Shown here: positions 51,846 to 61,705 of the stretch, piece by piece
Layout: each line of letters starts with the position of its first letter
Numbering within the stretch: the stretch's first letter is position 1
NCBI GenBank assembly: GCA_950097015.1
Contig: CATNEN010000038.1
Span: forward strand, 17,112,001 to 17,176,000
Length of the DNA stretch: 64,000 bases
Direction: 5' to 3'
Source: Macrostomum hystrix
Taxonomy: Eukaryota; Animalia; Platyhelminthes
The notes under the pieces: generated by a model
What the model was told of the DNA's origin: nothing
What the model saw: only the letters and a program-made list of their open reading frames with translations
Database searches by the model: none
Program-made: the position numbers and the translations under genes

Positions 51846-53028
51846 ATGGCGCCGAAATTCAACGCAGATAGTATCCGGGTGGATCAGATTAACTGCTTGT
51901 TCGATTCCAAGACAAGCTCACGGGTGATTGAGAAGCCCTACCTAGTCCAGTACGAGAGTCAGCACTTCAAATGCAAGGCTTTAATCGAACTGGAGGAATC
52001 CATTGCTGACAGCCACTGGACCGTCGGTCTAATACAGGCCTGCGACAGTATGTACTTGGAGAATCGCTACGGACAGTACGGCAGCTCATTTTGGGAATTT
52101 CATCCGTTGAAGTCAAGGCAGCATCGAATGGTGAACGACAGCGATGGAAGACAGTATCCATTCTATAGTTTAACATCGAGCAAGTGCGAAGTCACCAAAG
52201 GTGAGAAGTCCCATTTGATATCGGTTAACAAGAGAATCTCTTCTAATTGAACAGTAAACGGCCAAAATTGTAGGTGTTGTTCGCGATTGCGTCATCAAGC
52301 TACAGTACGCCGACCATTTCTACCCAACCGTGGCCTGGGATTTGCCCTACTGCAACGGTGTCAAACTAACCGAAATTATTCGTCAGCAGAACTTCTGGAT
52401 CTGGTTAGTGGCAATTAGGAGGGCATCGTTGCACGCTGAAACAGACATTTTCCACCTTGGCGACGACCAGATTCACATACTGAGCAGCATGACTTGGTCG
52501 TATTCGCTACACATGGAATTCGATCCGCACGAAAAAATCGGCCGGAGATTGCGAAGAGTCACCGATACTCAGAACGAGCCGCCCAGAATTCTCACAGATC
52601 AGGATGTTAAGCTCATTCCACTGTCGGCAGTGCATCCGCCGCATTGCAACGCGGCCCAATCTTTAATCTGGTATCCGAAGCAGTCCGGCCAACTGCCAGA
52701 CATTCTAGTGCCGCCAAAGCAGGTTATAGTGCCCTGGGAGCGATGGCTGCAGGACATGATGCCTGACGCTTTGCCAAGACGAACCAAACGGCCCAGACAT
52801 TTGCAACCGTGTCCGAGTTGGCGCAAGGATCAACTACTTGGCCACTACTGCGCCGGACGTCTACGGGGCAGCGACGTTCTAAAAAACAGTCGGCGCTTTT
52901 ATCGCACCAAGAACTATCGGCAGCTGGGTTTCATGGCAACCGAGAACAAGAGCGAAGGCTGGGAATACACTGGGCACAGGCACAGGCAAGTCGACTTGGC
53001 GCGGCATCAGTTTGCGACGGTTAACTAA
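51846..53028 (+). CDS. FAM78: FAM78-family protein (exons 51846-52200 and 52274-53028)
   Basis: Motifs WTVGLIQAC, YGQYGSSFWE, DSDGRQYPFY, DHFYPTVAW, RQQNFWIWLVA, PPHCNAAQSLIWYPK match recalled FAM78A/B; a phase-1 GT-AG intron 52201-52273 joins the two ORFs. Confidence 0.88.
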
Positions 53029-53773
53029 GTGGCGCACCAAATCAGATCCAGCTATTTTTAGAAAACAGGTCCAACAGGTCATTTGTCGTGGCCTTAATTG
53101 GGTCACACTTTGTCGGTCTGGCAATTTCACTTTTTAAAATAATTATGTTTTTTAAAAGAAAAAAATATAAATTTTAGTGTGTTTAACGACTTTAGATTTG
53201 TGAATGGGACACTGCTTTGAAGAGTGAGGGCATTTTGCGTTCAAACTAATGCTGACTTGATTTTCTTTGATTAAAGAATGAACATAGAAAAATTGAATCA
53301 GTTTACAGTATCTTTCAGTAGCCAAAATTTTGATATAAAAATACATTTTTTAAAAGTAAATGTAATATCGAAATCAGAACAGACAAATAAAACAAATATT
53401 CAACCACAAAAAAAGAATTAAAATGGAACAGTTTAAAGTTAAACAAAACACAATTAACATGAATGTACTGACACATATTCATAGTTAATATTTTTTCCTC
53501 GACATTTAAAATTAAAACATATTACTAATCAGTAGCATAAAACAGCCAGTGCTGCTTTATTTATCCGAACCTGGCAAATCTAAAAGGCGATGAAAATACT
53601 CGTAGCTATAGATTGTAAATGCCAATAGCAAAAATAGAACATTAAATTTGCATCGTTTTCAGGATCAAAGAATAGACAACAAATTAACAGAATCCTGCAT
53701 CAAATTAAAGTACATGTAAGGCCAGAACGTGATGAGAGTAATAAATCATTTTTCGTTTGTTTCTCCAAAAATG

Positions 53774-56700
53774 TTAACGACGCTCTAACAGGTAGACTAA
53801 GCTAGCGCCATTGTGCATCAGTGGAGACACTTGCACCGAGCCGGCAATCACGCCGCACTGGCGACAGTTTAGCCAGGCGACAAATGCTGCATCCCGCACA
53901 GAATGATAGCAATTCAACGGCGCTGCGGCAGTGGAAGAGATGGCAGCTGAAGCAGCGGCAGAGCTGACGACCTCTGGAATTTGAGCCCTAGACAGCAGCA
54001 CCTCCAGCTGGCTAGGTGAGAAGCGGCGCGAACTACGGCGGAGCTGCATTGAGTTTGCTGCAAGGCCGATGGCTGAAATTAGGTTATATTCAGGAAAATT
54101 AACGTAAATGCGTACTATATTTGTACAAAACAACATACGTACAAAAGTACATTCGTACTAAAGTACATTCGTACTAAAGTACATTCGTACTAAAGTACAT
54201 TCGTACTAAAGTACATTCGTACTAAAGTACATTCGTACTAAAGTACATTCGTACTAAAGTACATTCGTACTAAAGTACATTCGTACTAAAGTACATTCGT
54301 ACTAAAGTACATTCGTACTAAAGTACATTCGTACTAAAGTACATTCGTACTAAAGTACATTCGTACTAAAGTACATTCGTACTAAAGTACATTCGTACTA
54401 AAGTACATTCGTACTAAAGTACATTCGTACTAAAGTACATTCGTACTAAAGTACATTCGTACTAAAGTACATTCGTACTAAAGTACATTCGTACTAAAGT
54501 ACATTCGTACTAAAGTACATTCGTACTAAAGTACATTCGTACTAAAGTACATTCGTACTAAAGTACATTCGTACTAAAGTACATTCGTACTAAAGTACAT
54601 TCGTACTAAAGTACATTCGTACTAAAGTACATTCGTACTAAAGTACATTCGTACTAAAGTACATTCGTACTAAAGTACATTCGTACTAAAGTACATTCGT
54701 ACTAAAGTACATCACAGTATAAGCTGGTACTTTATGGCGTGCAATATAGAACACAAATTTTGGCTGAAAAATGTAACACATTTGCCTTGTCAATACCTGT
54801 TGCAGCGGCGGACAGAAGACGAGCACAATAAACTGGCACATCAGAGGTTGCCACGTCATTTTCGGCGTCGTCTACCACTTCGCCCGAGCTATCAACGGCG
54901 GCGCCACAGGCTGGGCAGTGTCCGCCAAGCAACGAATTAGGCGAAAAGTTCTTTTTAACAACCGACTCCGACTCAAGTTTTGGCCGCTTTGCGTCACCGT
55001 TGGCGTCGTCTGATAGTTCGCCATCTTCCCCATCGTTATCCTCATCGTCGCTAATTAGATTGATTCGTTCCACCATTAACGGACTGGCCGAGACGGAGGC
55101 GCCACGATTGAACAGGCGTCGCTTACCGCTAGGAGTATCGAATGCCGGCCCCATAGCGGCAACCGAGGCTGTTTCAGTCGGCGACAAAGCGGGCGATTGC
55201 AGCGCGTCGGGTGGACCGCCCGATGGCGGAGTGGAGGCAGCTGCGGAGACCAAATCTGAAGGTGCCGCAGCTGCTGTTCTGTCAGCCACAAACTTGGTTA
55301 GGCGATTCTTCACGTCCTGTTGGCAAATAGGACAGAGGGTAATTTTAAAACGATGGATGACGAATAAGCGACCAAAAGCCGGTGTGTTGTTTTTCTAGTG
55401 TACTTCTTTTACTTACCATGATAGACCCACTGGAAACCTTTTTACGGCTTTTGGATCAGGGAGTGGAATCCAGCTTCCCGTTCTTGGATCAGGGAGTGGA
55501 ATCCAGCTTCCGATTCTTGGATCAGGGAGTGGAATCCAGCTTCCCGTTCTTGGATCTGGGAGTGGAATCCAGCTTCCGGTTCTTGGATCAGGGAGTGGAA
55601 TCCAGATTCCGGTTCTTGGATCAGGGAGTGGAATCCAGCTTCCGGTTCTTGGATCAGTGAGTGGAATCCAGCTTCCGGTTCTTGGATCTGGGAGTGGAAT
55701 CCAGCTTCCGATTCTTGGATCAGGGAGTGGAATCCAGCTTCCGATTCTTGGATCAGGGAGTGGAATCCAGCTTCCCGTTCTTGGATCTGGGAGTGGAATC
55801 CAGCTTCCGGTTCTTGGATCAGGGAGTGGAATCCAGCTTCCGATTCTTGGATCAGGGAGTGGAATCCAGCTTCCCGTTCTTGGATCTGGGAGTGGAATCC
55901 AGCTTCCGGTTCTTGGATCAGGGAGTGGACGCCAAATGCCAGATTGTTGGTCGGTGAATCAAATAACAAGTTGTCTAACTGTTAGAGAAACGGACAAAAA
56001 TGGCAGGAAAAAATTGCGTCGCCTAAAATTCACCTGAAAGTTGTCGCAGGTCGTAGCCCTACTACGCACCCAACGCGAGAGGCCGGCCAGATATCGACCC
56101 GAGCGTTGGGTGAATCTCTCGTCAACTAGAAGCAGGGCGCCCCAATCGTGCCTGTGTCGAATGCAGCGGCCAAGTGCCTGATTTAGGGCGCGAAACGCCT
56201 GTGTCTCGTACCATTGTCCGCCGTCTAATAGTGTGCGCTGCTTAGCGTACTGATCATTGTAGCGCCTCTTCAACGATATCAGAGTGTCGCGAACGTTAGG
56301 AAACGGAATGCCGACAGTGACGCAGGCGCGGCACTGCTCATCAGAGAAGTCGATGCCTTCGCTCATTTTGCCGCGACAAACTGCTAATAGAAGGGCGCCA
56401 GTGCGACCGTCGCCTCGCAGCTGATTGGCTGCGGCTTAATGTGATTAGTAAAAGGAAGGCTTAAAAAATAAATATAAGCTGTAATGGAAGGAGCGGGCGG
56501 ATGTACAAGTAAATCTGATTGGCTGTGACTAGAGGGATTAGCAATCGCCGAATCAGATTAGCTGCTACTGGAGAGTTCTTTGGTCAGATTAGATGACACC
56601 GAAGAGGGAATGAGGTGGCGTTTTTTATCTGTTTGGCTGATGCTTAAGAACCCGGCGGAAAACTTGGAAGCGAAAAGTCGCTCAAAATTACTCGCTAGCA

Positions 56701-59700
56701 CTACAAATTAATTTTCAGAGTCGCTCTCTTTAAGCTAAGATTGGCTAGAACTTAAGAGGGAGTGTCAAAAAAAAATCTGATTGGCTGGGGCGAAGCAGGA
56801 GTGTCGAAAGATTAATCTGATTGGCTGGGGCTAAAGCAGGTGTCAAAAAATTAATCTGATTGGCTGGGGCTAAAGCAGGAGTGTCGAAAGATTAATCTGA
56901 TTGGCTGGGGCTAAAGCAGGAGTGTCGAAAGATTAATCTGATTGGCTGGGGCTAAAGCCGGAGTGTCGAAAGATTAATCTGATTGGCTGGGGCTAAAGTG
57001 AAAAGGTGGTGGCATTCTTTGATCTGATTGGCTGAGAGTGAAAGAAGAGACCTCGAGTATAATATGATTGGTTGCAGTCGATTGAAAAACTGAAATGAGG
57101 CCCCAACCTTCTTCTTTGCAGTCTTCAATTCTAGCAATGAAGATTCTCATCGCTTCCTCAAATTCCGATGCCGAGCCGCGCGGCTCCACAACGAGCTCCT
57201 TGCGCTGCTCTAGCTTGGCCAGCAGTCCGGTGCTGGCCCAGCGGGCTCGCATCTTTTCCAAGAAAGTGTAGGAGGGCATGAAGCACAGCACACCATGCGG
57301 CACTGTATCACATACGCTAGCCAATAATAAGCCGAGTTCGTCTTGAAATTCGAATCTCTCAGAGTTCTGATAATTAGCGCACAGAGTCCTGCCAGTTGGT
57401 CCGCTAGCCACTGAGCACACTAGCAGCTGTTCGGATTTGATCACGTGATTAGCCTCCAATTGCAATGGGAAAGCTTGACCAAGTTCGCTTTGAAAGCTGG
57501 CCATCGGGCTGAGTGTGCCGCTAGTCAGGATGACGCAACGAGCTCCAGAGCCCAAATCGGCGAATGCCACAGCCGGATTCAGGCACCAGAAGCTAAGGCT
57601 GAGAGTCTGGTCTGGTGCGTCCAGATTCTGCCGTTTAGACAGCCACGGACCTTGGCCTGGCGGGTGCAGGACTGCCTTCACCTGCGCAAACGGAGTTATT
57701 TTAATTAGACACGTGGGGATTAAAATGTCAGCGAACCCAGACTGAAGATTTTAGAATCAAAGATCTATTATAATCCTCTAGAAACGAATGTTGTAGTAAG
57801 GACTAGTAACCTCTAACTTAACTGTATTTAACGTAAGTTTTATTTAGTTTATCGTAAAGGGTGGAAAATGTCGATTCAGATGGGGACTTTCTACTGTAAT
57901 AGTTAGTGTAAGCAGCTTAGAGTTCGCGGCCCGCAGTGTACACTGCGGGGGGTAGAGCGTACACGCCTGCGTGCGTGCTTGCGTGGCGTGATTGGGGGGT
58001 GGGTACGCCCACCCCAGTGTTTCTGGCCAAATATAATAGTGCTAGCGAGCCGGTATGGCTCTTCGCGTTTTGTGTGCATGCTACCTGACAAACCAGCGTC
58101 TTACACTGGTGGCAGCGGTGGGATCCGAACCCACGCCCTTGCGGACTGGATGCGTGAATGCAGTTTTTAGCTTAAGTAGAGAATTAAAACTTAAGGGCAT
58201 GGGGGACTTACTCATTTAATGATGTTCGGAAATATAGATTGCCTTTTTATATAGAAGTATACAGATCTATAGACACCCAGACTTGAACTCAACATAATTT
58301 GGAGATTGTCCTATTTAACCAGAGATAGCAACATTTTAAATAGAGGATTCTGAAATTCTTTTAAAACAGATCATTTAGATCCCTCTAACAAGATGATTTT
58401 AGGATTTCCCCTTCAGACTCAATGGTTTGGGAATTATCTTCTTCAAGGTAGATAATTTAGAATTCTTTGTAAAAAATAATAATTTGGAGACTAAGGATCT
58501 AGGAGTCTATATTGTTAGGATCCTAGGATTAAATATAATCTCCTGTGCGTCCCAGGAATTCCCTAAACGAGAAAGTTTAGGGAATTCCCTATTCAAGCTA
58601 CAGTATGTGGGATTCCTCTCATTAGGGCTGACTTTTAAGTCTAAAAACGTGTGAGTGCCAATCCAAATGTAGGAACATGACGTGTCTGCAAAAGCGCAGT
58701 CCTCACCTTCTGCAATGCCACCCTATAGTCGGTGGCAAATTTGCAGTCGTCGCGAGTTAAAAAATGGCAAACCAACAGGAAAGCTTCCAAGGCATGCACA
58801 GTTATGGAATCCAACGTCAAATTGCCGGCGGCGGCGCTGGCGGCGGCGGCTCCGCGACGACGCACCGGTCTCCATGCGACGCCGTCCGCATCTTCAGAAT
58901 TGCCGCCGCGTTGAGCGCGCTCCTCCATAGTCTGCACAATGACGCCCAGGTGTTTAGTTAGAGTCACATGCGAGCCTTCGGTCAGTTGGATTCCGGCGTA
59001 GCGCAGCAGGCCCAGCATCTCCTGCGCATCCCAGACGTGCTCCAATTGGTTGAAGCCGGTTGCCCGCAGTTTAGAGGCTGAGGACTGCACAACACTCAGC
59101 AGCTTGACGACTGTGTCCAACAGCGGCGTGGCGTCGTGCTCCAGCTCCGAGTCTTTGCCTGCGGTTGGTTGGCAGCGATGCATAATAGATGATGGGATAC
59201 TTCTAAGGGCTGATGACGATGGATGATGTCAAGATATTGATAGGATGATGTCAGGATATTGATAGGATGATGTCAGGATATTGATATGATGATGTCAGGA
59301 TATTGATAGGATGATGTCAGGATATTGATATGATGATGTCAGGATATTGATGGGATGATGTCAGGATATTGATGGGATGATGTCAGGATATTGATATGAT
59401 GATGTCAGGATATTGATAGGATGATTTCAGGATATTGATATGATGATGTCAGGATATTGATGGGATGATGTCAGGATATTGATGGGATGATGTCAGGATA
59501 TTGATATGATGATGTGATGTCAGGATATTGATATGATGATGTCAGGATATTGATAGGATGATGTCAGGATATTGATGGGATGATGATGGGAGATTGACGG
59601 GATATTGATGGGACATTGATGGGAGGGTACAGGGTAGGGATGTCGGTGTGGGTGTGCGAGATAAGAATGATATAAAAAAGAAGAAATGTGCAAAGTAAAG

Positions 59701-61669
59701 CTTTAAGAATAAAAAACTGGTTATCTAATCTTACAAATGTCTTCAAGATTCTTCTTAGCGTGCAACAGCTGCTCCTCGGTGATGGTCAGTGAAGCTGACT
59801 CCCTGCATGCGTCCTCAATGTTATGAGCCTCGTCCAGGATAACTATGTGATCCTTGATGTTGATGTTCATCTGGGAATAGGATTCCAGTTCCAAGTTACA
59901 AATCGCGCTGAATCGCAGACTAGAAAAATTAGAAAATAAAAAAGAATTAACAATTTACACTTTTCCTAATGGTCGGATCAATTAGATAATTGTAGGGGCA
60001 GAACACAAGGTCGGCTTGGTCCATCAGTGCCCTGGCCGTGTAGTAGGGACAGGCGCTTCTCTCTGGCGGACGATCGTGGGTCAGAGCCTGTACGGCAGAT
60101 TTCAGAGGATTGTGAAAAATTTTAGTCTTATCGGATTAGGGTTAGAATAAGGATTTAGTAAGTAATATAGACCTGTGTCCTCAAGTGCCTCAGTCCAGCT
60201 GTAAAATGGTTATTAGCATTAATAATATTCGCAGGAGGGCTGCGGGCAGTGGCACATCATTTGGTGACCCGCAGCCAGCGAGGAGACAATTCTGCACATT
60301 CCGCTGACTTCGTGACTTCGCTGGCACAGCCGCTCACACGGGTGTGTACATCTGCCCTGACTTTGTCATCGTCAGGCAGTGTACACTTTCACTGTGCCTT
60401 GGAGGTTGGCCCTCAACGGCGTAAATTGCACGACAAGCCCCCAAGCCTTCTCTCCGCGGCTGCGCCCCAAATAAATGTGGCCTCGCCGCGGAATCGAGCT
60501 CAGGGACCTTGGTGCGAGAGGCAAACGAGTTAACGGTGCTGCCTCTCACCCCCCAATGTGTAGCAGCATTAGTTGGGGCAGAAATTATGCAGCTGTACAC
60601 AGTACGCAGCCTGTACCTAGACTTTTCGAGTTCGCTGACCCCTGAACACACACTCAACAAACAGGTGCTAATGTACATTCTCTCTTCTCAAAAACCCAAA
60701 ATAGATGCCGGGATTCGAGCCCAATGGACTTGAGCTTAGGTCACAAACAAAACGCTTACAGATACCAAATCCTCGATGTCCCATGCCGGACCCAAGCCGT
60801 AATTGTCTCGAACTTTTCTCTGTGTATCCGCTGTAGACTTTCTAGTGTAATAGACGCATTGGCTCTCCTTGACTAGTTCTCGGCACATCTCCTGCTTGCT
60901 GCGGCCTCGACTGGCCAGCACAGTCGGATGAACACAGCTGTGCTCGCGACTTGATAGCACTGACATCCTGGAAGCCAAGACAGGAGCGGGCGGAAATACT
61001 ATAAGATGGTGGCCTCACAGACAGTCTACACAATGAATGACCAGTGTGGCCTCACAGACAGTCTACACAATGAATGACCAGAGTGGCCTCACAGACAGTC
61101 TACACAATGAATGACCAGTGTGGCCTCACAGACAGTCTACAAGGTAAGTAAGTAACAGGTAGTATATAACAGTCTATAAAACGGCGAGAAATTTGTTGCC
61201 AGCTGATAACTTACGGCACATCAGCAAATGCTGTCTTTCGCAGTTCACGCACTAGCTGAGCAATCTGCTTGTGAGTCCGGGATCCAAAGAAGATTTTTGG
61301 AATTCTGTGAAATTTTTCGGGATAAATTTTAAATTAAAAGCGAGGCTTCAGAATAATTGAACTTTGAAAACAAAAAATTAATTTGTTAAGTGCAGCTCAC
61401 TTGACACGATTATTAGCAGCCTGTTGCTGCTGACGCTCCTTATCGAGCGCTTCCAACAGTGCCGCCTGATGACAGACGCAACCGCGACACTTCAACCTCT
61501 GCTTCTCTGACTGACCACTGGCAGCCGGATTTGCCGCATCGGAACTTCGACAATCCGAGCAACAATTGTCGTAGACACTTTCGAGTAGAGTGCTAGTACT
61601 GGGGATATTTTTTGGCTGATCTTCATCCGGGTGGGGAGTGTCCGAATCGACATCTTCGCCATCGGATGC
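53774..61669 (-). CDS. BRIP1: Fanconi anemia group J / BRIP1 Fe-S DEAH helicase (5' exons outside window)
   Basis: Phase-consistent exons: 61669-61401, 61304-61215, 60967-60760, 60087-59959, 59870-59735, 59209-58707, 57681-57108, 56434-56034, 55316-54797, 54072-53774. Motifs: SRTHKQIAQ, four Fe-S Cys (SREHSC, EMC, SQC, ACPYY), [70 protein letters not shown]. Walker A is not in the window. Confidence 0.92.
54138..54712. repeat. Essentially perfect 16-bp intronic array (GTACTAAAGTACATTC)n
   Basis: About 35 identical copies inside the last BRIP1 intron. Confidence 0.97.
55450..55929. repeat. 33-bp intronic minisatellite (TTCTTGGATCAGGGAGTGGAATCCAGCTTCCGG)n
   Basis: Tandem copies; 11-aa periodic ORFs. 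Confidence 0.95.
56774..56998. repeat. 41-bp intronic minisatellite containing CTGATTGGCTG
   Basis: 5-6 copies, plus decayed copies across 56514-57070. Confidence 0.88.
57907..58105 (+). mobile_element. LTR of a tRNA-Leu-primed LTR retrotransposon (no internal domain)
   Basis: Termini TGTAAG...CTTACA (inverted 6-mer, TG/CA), AATATA signal near 58030, and 1 nt downstream the PBS TGGTGGCAGCGGTGGGAT. Confidence 0.75.
58107..58150 (-). pseudogene. Reverse-transcribed 3' half of mature tRNA-Leu (with CCA)
   Basis: Minus strand reads TCCAG-TCCGCAAGGGC-GTGGGTTCGGATCCCAC-CGCTGCC-A-CCA: 3' anticodon stem, long variable arm, T-arm, acceptor strand and CCA. The 5' half is absent. Confidence 0.85.
59222..59625. 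repeat. 22-bp intronic minisatellite (GATGATGTCAGGATATTGATAG)n
   Basis: Tandem copies starting next to the acceptor at 59210. Confidence 0.93.
60236..60554 (-). mobile_element. tRNA-derived SINE, copy E (intronic)
   Basis: Colinear with copy A, including the GGGCAGTGGCACAT...GGTGAC...CCGCAGCCAGCGAGGAG end. Confidence 0.8.
61009..61141. repeat. 37-bp intronic repeat (GTGGCCTCACAGACAGTCTACACAATGAATGACCAGT), about 3.5 copies
   Basis: Directly visible. Confidence 0.9.
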
Positions 61670-61705
61670 CTGTCAGTTTAGAAGATAAGAGTGATAGCCA
61701 GAAGC

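Noticed and set aside
55417-55929. Extra BRIP1 exon encoding [11 protein letters not shown] repeats (donor-like site near 55417)
   Set aside because: Exon 56034 joins 55316 directly in frame (NFQ-DVKNRL), and the repeat ORF ends in a stop at 55442.
58107-58190. Functional tRNA-Leu gene
   Set aside because: The 5' half (acceptor 5' strand, D-arm, anticodon) is missing and CCA is encoded, indicating a cDNA-derived fragment.
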